Below are positions 48,909-57,111 of a stretch of 64,000 nt of DNA, in pieces. The first letter of the stretch is position 1. The number at the start of each line of letters is the position of its first letter. Source of the DNA: Elusimicrobiales bacterium (GTDB lineage Bacteria; Elusimicrobiota; Elusimicrobia; Elusimicrobiales; UBA9959); assembly GCA_050174915.1 (NCBI GenBank), contig JBFXJL010000007.1, positions 44,036 through 108,035 on the forward strand, in the 5' to 3' direction. The notes under the pieces were generated by a model. That model was given only the letters and a program-made list of their open reading frames with translations, searched no databases and was not told the origin of the DNA. Both the position numbers and the translations under genes were made by a program.

Positions 48909-49355
48909 ATGAGAATTGTAATAGGCGCGGATCACGCAGGTTTCGACGCTAAAGAGCGGCTCAAGAAGTTCCTCCAGAAGCTCGGCCACGACGTCACCGA
49001 CTTCGGCTGCTATTCCACCGAGCCGGTGGACTTTCCGGACATCGCCCTGCTCGTCAGCGAGGCCGTTCGCCGGAAGGAATTCGACAAGGCCGTGCTGGTG
49101 GACGGCTTCAACGGCGCCATGCCGCTGGCCGCCAACAAGGTGCGCGGCATCCGCGCCGTGGCCGCCTACGACACCATCTCGGCGCGCTTCGCGGCGGCGC
49201 ACGAGGACTGCAACGTGCTGTGCCTGGGCGGCAAGACGCACGGCGAGCTGGCCCTCGAGGAGATGATCAAGGTTTGGCTAAACACCCCTTTCGAGGGCGG
49301 TAAGTACCAGAAGCGCCTCGACAAGATCACCGCGATAGAACAGCGCTGCTGCTAG
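48909..49355 (+). CDS. rpiB: RpiB/LacA/LacB-family sugar-phosphate isomerase, divergent active site
   Basis: IVIGADHAG, D.G....DFP, AANKVRGIRA, NVLCLG, FEGG. Confidence 0.85.
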   Translation: MRIVIGADHAGFDAKERLKKFLQKLGHDVTDFGCYSTEPVDFPDIALLVSEAVRRKEFDKAVLVDGFNGAMPLAANKVRGIRAVAAYDTISARFAAAHEDCNVLCLGGKTHGELALEEMIKVWLNTPFEGGKYQKRLDKITAIEQRCC

Positions 49356-49361
49356 GAAACG

Positions 49362-49658
49362 ATGAAACAGGCCAAGGTTATAGGAAGGGTTTTCTGTTCG
49401 CGCCAGTGCTGCGGCATGGCGTCGAAGACGATGCTTCTTATACAGCCGCTGGACTGGGAGACCGATAAGCCCGCGGGAGACCCGCTGGTGGCCGGCGATA
49501 CCGTAGGGGCCGGGGCGGGTGAGACCGTCTTCTTCGTGGCCTCGCGCGAGGCCATCCTGGCTTTCGAGGGCTGGGAAGGCGAGACGGCAGCCAAGGCGGA
49601 CCCGCCGCCGCTGGACGCGGCCATAGTCGGCATCATCGACGGGAAGAAGCTGGGATAA
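49362..49658 (+). CDS. BMC-P vertex protein (EutN/CcmL)
   Basis: AKVIGRV, DTVGAGAGETV, REA, DAAIVGIID. Confidence 0.9.
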   Translation: MKQAKVIGRVFCSRQCCGMASKTMLLIQPLDWETDKPAGDPLVAGDTVGAGAGETVFFVASREAILAFEGWEGETAAKADPPPLDAAIVGIIDGKKLG

Positions 49659-49663
49659 ACTTT

Positions 49664-49942
49664 ATGTTCGTAGCTAAAGTAATAGGTAACATCTGGGCGA
49701 CGCGCAAGCATCCGGGGCTGAAGAACGCCACGATGCTGCTGGTGCGTCCCCTGGGCGCCGACGGCAAGCCGGCCGGAGAGGCGCAACTGGCCATAGACGG
49801 GGTCGGCGCCGGCGTGGGCGACACCGTGCTGATCGTCGACGAGGGCGGTTCGGCCAGGAAGATACTCAAGAACTCTAAAGCGCCGGTGCGTACCGTGATA
49901 GCCGGCATAGTGGACAAGGTGCACATCGACAAGCGAGGCTAA
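49664..49942 (+). CDS. BMC-P vertex protein (EutN/CcmL)
   Basis: [23 protein letters not shown]...EGGSAR, IAGIVD. Confidence 0.92.
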   Translation: MFVAKVIGNIWATRKHPGLKNATMLLVRPLGADGKPAGEAQLAIDGVGAGVGDTVLIVDEGGSARKILKNSKAPVRTVIAGIVDKVHIDKRG

Positions 49943-49943
49943 T

Positions 49944-50978
49944 ATGAACGACGAAGATATAAAAAAAATAGCGGCCGAGGTGGCCAGGATAATGAAGGCC
50001 GGCGGCCAGGCCGCCCCCAGGCAGAGCCTGGGCGATTCCGTCAGCATCGGTTCGGCGGGCAAGGTCTTTCAGCACCCCCTCGTGAACCGGGAGGGCGCCT
50101 CTGAAAAGAAAGCCTGCTCCGGGCAGGGTGACTGCCGCCTGGAGGGGTCCCGTTCCTCGGGACAATATAGTTCTTCCTCTGTTCCGTCATTAGGAGAAGT
50201 GAACACCTGTTCCTCTACCTGCCAGAGCTGCAACCCGCTCAATAAGTATACCCCGCAGCAGATCAAGGCCAGCGCCGACCGCGTCAGTTTCTGCAACCCC
50301 AACGAGCAGAGTTCCTCGATAGCCGGCATGATCGACCATACCCTGCTCAAGGCCAACGCCACGCAGGAGGAGATCGGCAAGCTCTGCGAGGAAGCCCGCA
50401 AGTACCGCTTCGCCTCGGTCTGCGTGAACCCCGGTTACGTCGCGCTGGCCAGCCGCCTGCTGCGCGGCTCCTCCGTGATGGTCTGCACCGTCATCGGCTT
50501 CCCGCTGGGTTCCACCACCCCTACGGTGAAGGCCATCGAGGCCCGCGACGCCATGGCCAATGGCGCCGACGAGATAGACATGGTCATCAATATCGGCGCG
50601 CTGAAGAGCGGCAACGACCAGCTGGTGCTCGACGATATCAAGGCCGTGCGCGAGGCCACCCGCGGCAAGTGCCTCAAGGTTATCCTCGAGACCTCGTACC
50701 TGACCAAGGACGAGAAGATCCGCGCCTGCAAGATGAGCAAGGCCGCGCAGGCCGACTTCGTGAAGACCTCCACCGGCTTCGGCTCCGGCGGCGCTACCCC
50801 CGAGGACATCGCCCTGATGCGAGAGACCGTGGGCCCCGAGATGGGCGTGAAGGCCTCCGGCGGCATCAAGAACGCCGAGGTGGCCGCGGCCATGGTGAAG
50901 GCCGGCGCCACGCGCCTCGGCACTAGCGCCAGCATAGCCATAGTTTCCGGCGGGGAAGCCGCCAAGGGTCAGTATTAA
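49944..50978 (+). CDS. deoC: Deoxyribose-phosphate aldolase with encapsulation peptide and Cys-rich N-terminal extension
   Basis: [47 protein letters not shown]. Confidence 0.95.
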   Translation: MNDEDIKKIAAEVARIMKAGGQAAPRQSLGDSVSIGSAGKVFQHPLVNREGASEKKACSGQGDCRLEGSRSSGQYSSSSVPSLGEVNTCSSTCQSCNPLNKYTPQQIKASADRVSFCNPNEQSSSIAGMIDHTLLKANATQEEIGKLCEEARKYRFASVCVNPGYVALASRLLRGSSVMVCTVIGFPLGSTTPTVKAIEARDAMANGADEIDMVINIGALKSGNDQLVLDDIKAVREATRGKCLKVILETSYLTKDEKIRACKMSKAAQADFVKTSTGFGSGGATPEDIALMRETVGPEMGVKASGGIKNAEVAAAMVKAGATRLGTSASIAIVSGGEAAKGQY

Positions 50979-51001
50979 CCCTAATCCCGGGCACGGGATT
51001 A

Positions 51002-51089
51002 CCCGCAGCAGCGGGTTGCGGACCGAGCGCTATGCGCGACAGGTCCGCAAGGGTGTATGCCGCGCGGAACGCGTCCCCGCTATGCGGGG
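51002..51089 (-). repeat. Structured intergenic repeat family 2 (copy 2)
   Basis: Reverse complement shares GCGCGGCATACA and CCTGTCGCGCATAGCGCT with copy 1, with compensatory stem changes. Confidence 0.78.
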
Positions 51090-51142
51090 AAAAAGGCTCA
51101 GCAGAGACTTTTCGGCCTAATTTAGTCTAGCAAGGAGAACAT

Positions 51143-51439
51143 ATGTCCGAACCTAAAGAAGCGCTGGGAATGATAGAGACCAAAGGTTTCATAGGCATGA
51201 TAGAGGCCTCTGACGCCATGAGCAAGGCCGCCAAGGTGCGCCTGATCGGCTACGAGAAGATAGGTTCCGGCTACGTGACCACGCTGTGCGTGGGCGAAGT
51301 GGGCGCCGTGAGGGCCGCCGTGGAAGCCGGCGCCGCCGCCGCGCAGAAGGCCGGCGAGCTGGTAGGGATGCACGTGATCCCGCGCCCCGCCGACGAACTG
51401 GACAAGTATCTCGCGAAGATCTCGGTAAAGGTTTCTTAA
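51143..51439 (+). CDS. BMC-H hexameric shell protein
   Basis: [31 protein letters not shown]. Confidence 0.95.
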   Translation: MSEPKEALGMIETKGFIGMIEASDAMSKAAKVRLIGYEKIGSGYVTTLCVGEVGAVRAAVEAGAAAAQKAGELVGMHVIPRPADELDKYLAKISVKVS

Positions 51440-51489
51440 GCGCCGCAGTTTAGGCTCCGGCGCGCCCCTGGGGCAGCCGGGACGGAACC

Positions 51490-51732
51490 ATGCTGACCAA
51501 AGGCGCGGTGGAAGACCTGATCTGCGAGCACCTGGCCCGGGCGGACCGGGCCGCTCTCGCGCCACCGGGCAAAAAGCCAGCGGCGGTCAGGAAAAAATTC
51601 ATAAGCGACTGGGAACTGCGCCGCCTTTACAAGCCCGGCGCCCGCAGCGTAGAGGTTCCAGCTAACGCCATCATCAGCCCGCTGTCGCTGGACTGGCTGG
51701 ACTACAACGGAGTCAGGGTGGTGCGGAATTGA
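51490..51732 (+). CDS. Small BMC-associated hypothetical protein
   Basis: N-terminal amphipathic helix AVEDLICEHL; FIS..EL...VEVPANAIISPL..D.L...GV.V motif like small domains seen in BMC loci. Confidence 0.65.
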   Translation: MLTKGAVEDLICEHLARADRAALAPPGKKPAAVRKKFISDWELRRLYKPGARSVEVPANAIISPLSLDWLDYNGVRVVRN

Positions 51733-51796
51733 AACGGTTTCGCGCCGCTTTTCGGTCTCTAACTGCCGGGGGGCAGGCCAATACAGGAGAAATGAA

Positions 51797-53200
51797 ATGA
51801 GGATACTCGCCGCTATTTTAGCGCTGTCGTGCATCGCCGCGCTTGGCTACTCGCCGCTCGCGGCGCAGCAGTATATCGACCCGGAGGAGGAATCCGCCGA
51901 ACTCCAGCTGCCCGGTGAGGAAAAACCCGCGGCGGAGCAGCCCTCCGCCGAAAAGCCGGCCCCCCGCCCCGCCGCGACCCCGGCCGTGATACAGCCTACC
52001 CTTTCCCCGGCCGAGACGCTGAAAAAGCACGAATGGGAATTTCTGAACTCCAGCGCGGTCGCCGCCGACGAGGACGCGCTGAAACTGCTGCTGCCCCATC
52101 TCGAGGACTGGCTGGCCGCGAACCCGGAGCATTCCGCCGCCGCCGAGGCCCTGCTGCTCAAGGCCGGCGTGCAGTATAAACTCGGCGACCACAAGTCAGC
52201 CCTCGTAAGCCTGCTCAGGCAACTGCAGGCCTATCCGGAGGCCGACTCCTCGGAACGGGCCCGGCGTCTCTTCGGCGAGATCTTGGCCAAGAAAGCGGAT
52301 AAGAAGCTCAGGCCCGTGCTGGCCGACGCGGCCGAACAGCCTGAGGTCAGCGCGCCGGAGCTGAACGTCTCGCTGCTGCTGGAGAAGCTGGCCGCCGAGG
52401 CCGGAGAAGAATACTATGAGCCGCTCGCGGCCGAGTTCCGCTCTTTCTTCGCCAGGTTCCCGGGCTACGCCCGCAACGACGCCGTCCGCCTGTCGCTGGC
52501 CGACCTGCACCGCCTCAACGGCGAATACTCCGCGGCCCGCCTGGCCTACGAGAAGGCGATAGCCCTGCACCCCGCCAGCCCGCTGCTGGCCAGGGCCAAG
52601 CTGTCGCTGGCCAACTTGCTGGCCGATAACCTGAAAGCGTACGACCGCGCCATCGCCGCCTACCAGGACATCGCCGCCTCCTTTCCCGGCACCGACGAGG
52701 CCTGGGCCGCCTACGGCCGCCTGCCCGCGCTGGCCGAGCGCCAGAAGAAATACGCGCTGGCCGTGGAGACCGACGAGAAGATCATAGCGCTATACCCCGA
52801 CAAGCCGGAGGCCTACCAGGCCTACCGCGCCGCGGCCCGCGTGTTGCGCGAAGACCTGAAGAAGCCGCAGGAGGCGATCGCGGTGCTGGGCCGCCTGGCC
52901 GACAAATACAAGAACGACGCGGTGATAGAAGAGGCGCTGCTGCCCGCGGCGGAGATCTACCGCAAAGACCTCAAGGACTCCGCCGGCGAGGTGGGGGTTT
53001 ACGAGCGTATCGCCGCCGAATACCAGAAGAACCCGCAGGCCCCTAAGGCGCTGTACGCGGCGGGAGAGATCTTCTTCAAGGTCAAGGACGGAGACAGGGC
53101 CAGGGTTTATTACCAGAAAGTGATGGAACTATATCCGGAGGATCCGATGTCAAAAAAAGCCGAAGCGCGCCTGAGCGCCATTATAGCGGGGAAGATCTAG
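51797..53200 (+). CDS. Exported tetratricopeptide-repeat protein
   Basis: Signal peptide; repeated A...Y......(Y/F)P....A..A TPR units. Confidence 0.85.
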   Translation: MRILAAILALSCIAALGYSPLAAQQYIDPEEESAELQLPGEEKPAAEQPSAEKPAPRPAATPAVIQPTLSPAETLKKHEWEFLNSSAVAADEDALKLLLPHLEDWLAANPEHSAAAEALLLKAGVQYKLGDHKSALVSLLRQLQAYPEADSSERARRLFGEILAKKADKKLRPVLADAAEQPEVSAPELNVSLLLEKLAAEAGEEYYEPLAAEFRSFFARFPGYARNDAVRLSLADLHRLNGEYSAARLAYEKAIALHPASPLLARAKLSLANLLADNLKAYDRAIAAYQDIAASFPGTDEAWAAYGRLPALAERQKKYALAVETDEKIIALYPDKPEAYQAYRAAARVLREDLKKPQEAIAVLGRLADKYKNDAVIEEALLPAAEIYRKDLKDSAGEVGVYERIAAEYQKNPQAPKALYAAGEIFFKVKDGDRARVYYQKVMELYPEDPMSKKAEARLSAIIAGKI

Positions 53201-53203
53201 CCC

Positions 53204-54295
53204 ATGGCCTCTAACCTGGGGATCATCGAGGGTTTTTACGGCGAGCCGTGGAGCTGGGGGGAGCGGGCCGACTGGGTCTCTTTCCTGCGCAAGAACGGCT
53301 TCGGGTTCTATATCTACGCGCCCAAAGGCGACGCCTACCTGCGCAAGAAATGGCGCGAGCCCTTTCCGAAGGTGCACGAGGAGAAGCTGGCCAAGCTTTC
53401 GGTGCAGTGCCACAACATCGGCCTGGACTTCGGCGTGGGCTTCAGCCCGTACGAGATCTATCTCGGGCCCTTCGACCTGGAGGCCAAGCGGCTGCTGCAG
53501 GCCCGGCTCGACGTCTTCAACCGCCTGGGCGTGAACAAGCTGTGCATCCTGATGGACGACATGAAGGGCGACCTGCCCAACCTGGCCGAGCGCCAGGTGG
53601 AGATCATGAACTGGGTAGCGGTCCGTTCGTCCGCCAAGCAGCTGGTCTTCTGCCCCACGTATTACTCCTCCGACCCGGCGCTGGAGAAGCTCTTCGGCAA
53701 GATGCCCGAGGGCTACCTGCAGAAGCTGGGCGCGGAGCTGGACCAGAAGGTGAGCGTGTTTTGGACCGGCGAGGAGGTCTGCTCCAAGTCCTATACGCCC
53801 GAGCACCTGGCCGAGGTGGCCGGCCGGCTGGGGCGCAAGCCGTTCCTCTGGGACAACTACCCGGTCAACGACGGGCCGCGCATGTGCAAGTTCCTGCACC
53901 TGCGCCCCTCCGCCGGCCGCCCCGCCTCGCTGCGGGACCTGGTCAGCGGCCATGCCGTGAACCCCATGAACCAGTCCACGCTGTCCAAGATAGTCCTGCT
54001 CACGCTCAAGGCCGCCTTCGAAAAGGGGGCCGCCTACGACCCGGCCAAGGCTTTCCGCCGGGCCGCCGACGCGGTGACCTGCAAGGAGATGGCGGAGCTG
54101 CTGGAGCGCGACCTGCCCGTCTTCGCGGACAGGGGGCTGGACGCGCTGACGCAGGACGAGATAGTCTCGCTGAGGGAGGAATACACTTACTTCCTCGAGG
54201 CGCGCGAGAACGACACCGGCAAAGCCGCGCGCGAGATAGTGGACTGGCTCTCCGGGCGCTACACCGTTACGAAGGACCTGTTCCTGACGCAGTAG
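53204..54295 (+). CDS. GH84 beta-N-acetylglucosaminidase (O-GlcNAcase-like)
   Basis: GIIEGFYGEPW, YIYAPK.D, catalytic DD, CPT.Y, WTG..V, WDNYPVND. Confidence 0.92.
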   Translation: MASNLGIIEGFYGEPWSWGERADWVSFLRKNGFGFYIYAPKGDAYLRKKWREPFPKVHEEKLAKLSVQCHNIGLDFGVGFSPYEIYLGPFDLEAKRLLQARLDVFNRLGVNKLCILMDDMKGDLPNLAERQVEIMNWVAVRSSAKQLVFCPTYYSSDPALEKLFGKMPEGYLQKLGAELDQKVSVFWTGEEVCSKSYTPEHLAEVAGRLGRKPFLWDNYPVNDGPRMCKFLHLRPSAGRPASLRDLVSGHAVNPMNQSTLSKIVLLTLKAAFEKGAAYDPAKAFRRAADAVTCKEMAELLERDLPVFADRGLDALTQDEIVSLREEYTYFLEARENDTGKAAREIVDWLSGRYTVTKDLFLTQ

Positions 54296-54313
54296 CCTTT
54301 ACCGCGGACAAAT

Positions 54314-54347
54314 AAAAAGCCCCGGGCTCAGGCCCGGGGCTTTTTTT
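54314..54347. terminator. Bidirectional intrinsic terminator
   Basis: AAAAAGCCCCGGGC-tcag-GCCCGGGGCTTTTTTT. Confidence 0.88.
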
Positions 54348-54362
54348 GCGGCCGCGGCGTTC

Positions 54363-55553
54363 CTAGATTATGCCGAGCTCCTTGCCGGCCTTCTTGAACT
54401 TCTCGACTGCGAACTCCAGGTTTTTCAGGGTGTGGCCGGCGGTGACTATGGTGCGCAGGCGCTCGCGCCCCTTGGGCACGGTGGGGAAGCCCAGCGGCAG
54501 CGCGAAGACGCCCTCGTCGAACAGCTTCGCGGAGAGGGCGCGCGCCTTGTCCATGTCGCCTATCATCACGGGGGTGATGGGCGTCACGGACTCGCCGGTG
54601 TTGAAGCCGGCCTTCTTCATCTCTTCCTTGAAGAAATTGGTGTTGTCCCAGAGGCGCTTGAGGTAGTCCGGCTCGGTGAGCAGGATGTCGAGCACGGCCA
54701 GGCACGAGGCGGCCACCGACGGCGGCTGGGAGCTGGAGAACAGGAACGGGCGGGCCACCGAACCCAGGTAGTCGCGCAGGCTTTGCGTGGTGGCGGCGTA
54801 GCCGCCGACGGCCGCGAAGGCCTTGGATAGCGTGCCGATCTGGATCTCTACCTGGCCGTCCAGGCCGAAGTGGCTCACCGTGCCGCGGCCTTCTTTGCCT
54901 ATCACGCCGCTGGCGTGGGCGTCGTCCACCATCACGAAAGCGCCGTACTTGTGGGCGGTCGCCACTACTTCGTCGAGGTTGGCGACGTCGCCGTCCATCG
55001 AGAAGACGCCGTCGGTGACCACCATCTTGCGACGGGCGGCGCGGGCCTCGGGGCTTTCCAGGATCTCGGTCAGGTGCTTGATGTCCTTGTGGCGGTAGAT
55101 CTTGCGGGGGGACTTGGCCAGGCGAGCGCCGTCTATGATGCTGGCGTGGTTAAGCTCGTCGGAGATCAGCAGGTCCTGGTCGCTGGACATCAGCGACTGG
55201 CAGACCGCCACGTTGGAGGTGAAGCCGCTCTGGAAGAGGATCGAGGCCTCGGAGTGCTTGAACGCGGCGAACTTCTCTTCCAGCTCGGTGTGCAGCGACA
55301 TCGTGCCGATGATAGTGCGCACGGCGGCCGAGCCGATGCCGTATTTCTCTATGGCGGCGATGGCGGCCTTCTTTACCTTGGGGTTGTCGGCCAGGGCGAG
55401 GTAGTTGTTGGAGGTGAGGTTGACCACCTCTTTGCCGTCTATCACGGAGACGGGGGCCTGCGCGGACTGCAGCACGCGGGGCTTGAGGAAGCGGTTCTCC
55501 TTCTTGAGCTGGGCCACTTCATCGTCGGCGAATTTCAGGGTATCGAAAGACAT
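54363..55553 (-). CDS. kbl: Glycine C-acetyltransferase (2-amino-3-ketobutyrate CoA ligase)
   Basis: SNNYL, SDELNHASIIDG, TDGVFSMDG, DDAH, GTLSKA, FPTVPKG; adjacent to a tdh-like gene; start re-called at 55553. Confidence 0.88.
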   Translation of the reverse strand: MSFDTLKFADDEVAQLKKENRFLKPRVLQSAQAPVSVIDGKEVVNLTSNNYLALADNPKVKKAAIAAIEKYGIGSAAVRTIIGTMSLHTELEEKFAAFKHSEASILFQSGFTSNVAVCQSLMSSDQDLLISDELNHASIIDGARLAKSPRKIYRHKDIKHLTEILESPEARAARRKMVVTDGVFSMDGDVANLDEVVATAHKYGAFVMVDDAHASGVIGKEGRGTVSHFGLDGQVEIQIGTLSKAFAAVGGYAATTQSLRDYLGSVARPFLFSSSQPPSVAASCLAVLDILLTEPDYLKRLWDNTNFFKEEMKKAGFNTGESVTPITPVMIGDMDKARALSAKLFDEGVFALPLGFPTVPKGRERLRTIVTAGHTLKNLEFAVEKFKKAGKELGII

Positions 55554-55570
55554 GTATGTTCTCCTTGGTC

Positions 55571-56602
55571 TCAGGGCGTGAGTATGATCTTGCCGCACTT
55601 CTTTTCTTTAGAATTGATCAGCGCGAAGGCCTTCTTGAAATCCTTGAAGGCGAAGCGGTGCGTGACGACGGGGCGCGGGTTGACGGCGCCGGACTTGAGC
55701 AGGCTCTCCATCTTGTACCAGCTGCGGAAGATCTCGCGGCCGGCCACGCCCTCAAGGCGTATGCCGCGCTTGACGATGTCGCCGGCGTAGTCCAGGCTGA
55801 GGTCGGCGGCCGGCAGGCCGAAAGCCACGAAGCGCCCGCCGGGGCGCAGCGCCTTCAGGCCCAGCGCCACGGACTTGGCGCCGCCGCTCATCTCGATGAC
55901 AGAATCGGCGCCTTCGGGGCAGAGCTTGCCCAGCTTGGCCAGGCAGTCGGCCGCCGTGGGGTCCATAGCGGTGGAGGCGCCCATCTTGAGGGCGAGCTTG
56001 CGGCGGTAGGGGGAAGGGTCGAGCGCGATCACGCGCTTGGCCCCGGCGGCTTTGGCGATACCGGCCGCGAACAGGCCATGAGGGGAGCAGCCGGAGATGA
56101 TGACGGAGCGGCCCAGCAGGTCCTCGTCGAGCACGGCGTGCACCGCGCTGCCGAAAGGGTCCATGATGGCCCCGACGTCCTTGAGCGAATCGTCGGTGTG
56201 CTTCCAGGCGCAGCGGGCCGGCACGGCCGCGTACTCGGCCAGGCCGCCGGGCACGTCGCGCCCGATGATGCGCAGGTTCTGGCAGATATGGCGCTGATCG
56301 TTGCGGCACTGGCCGCAGACGCCGCAGAAGACGTGGGATTCCACTGAGACGAAGTCGCCCTTGTCGAAGCCCTTGGCCTGGGAGCCGATCTCCACCACCT
56401 CGCCGCAGAACTCGCGCCCGAACACGAACGGCAGCGTGGGAGCCGCCGCGCTAACGCCGGAGGAATTGTAGATGGCCAGGTCGCCGGGGCTGATCGAGGC
56501 CGCCGTCACGCGGATCAGCAGCTCGTCCTTGGCGATCTCCGGCACGGCCGCGTCGCGGTAGCTGGCGCCGCGGGCGCGCGAGGTTTTCATTATGGCTTTC
56601 AT
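55571..56602 (-). CDS. tdh: L-threonine 3-dehydrogenase-like MDR protein with altered catalytic Zn site
   Basis: Tdh-like sequence (ESH..CGVCGQC......IC, EMSG, GREIF..WY, GKIIL); start re-called at 56602; catalytic Cys and His replaced. Confidence 0.75.
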   Translation of the reverse strand: MKAIMKTSRARGASYRDAAVPEIAKDELLIRVTAASISPGDLAIYNSSGVSAAAPTLPFVFGREFCGEVVEIGSQAKGFDKGDFVSVESHVFCGVCGQCRNDQRHICQNLRIIGRDVPGGLAEYAAVPARCAWKHTDDSLKDVGAIMDPFGSAVHAVLDEDLLGRSVIISGCSPHGLFAAGIAKAAGAKRVIALDPSPYRRKLALKMGASTAMDPTAADCLAKLGKLCPEGADSVIEMSGGAKSVALGLKALRPGGRFVAFGLPAADLSLDYAGDIVKRGIRLEGVAGREIFRSWYKMESLLKSGAVNPRPVVTHRFAFKDFKKAFALINSKEKKCGKIILTP

Positions 56603-56715
56603 GGTGCTCCTTAAAGGACCTGCAAATTGAGCGGCGTCCGGCCGCATTATTATCATATAAAAATAGCGCCGTTAAAAAAAAGTTTTTAATCGCGGTCAAA
56701 TTTAGTAAATTATTA

Positions 56716-57111
56716 ATGGAAACTATGCCCGAACTCTCGACCCCGCCGCCTGCCGAAGACAGGCTCGTCCTCCTCCCGAAGAACCCCGGGACTTTCTTCG
56801 TTTTCTGGCAGTTCTCGGCCGGCCGGGTCGACGCCTTCCACGCCTTTTCTTTCGCCTCCGAGATAGAACTCAGGCTCTCCTATGCCGACGACAATTCCCA
56901 GGCCGGCGTGCACCGCGCCGCCTGGCAGGCCGGCCGGGCCTACCTGCCTTCGGGCCGCGGCGGCGCCTGCGTGGCCGCCCTTTACGCGCTGCGCAACGGC
57001 GCCTGGGAGAAACTGCTGGAGTCCAACCAGGCCAGCGCCCCGGCGGCGGCCGGCCTGGCCGCGGACCGGGCCTACGCCAGTATGGAATTCCTCAAGAGGT
57101 CCCAGCCATGA
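56716..57111 (+). CDS. DUF4912-like protein
   Basis: RLVLLPKNP..FVFW and ESN motifs; coupled to a GH57 gene; start could be 56725. Confidence 0.65.
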   Translation: METMPELSTPPPAEDRLVLLPKNPGTFFVFWQFSAGRVDAFHAFSFASEIELRLSYADDNSQAGVHRAAWQAGRAYLPSGRGGACVAALYALRNGAWEKLLESNQASAPAAAGLAADRAYASMEFLKRSQP

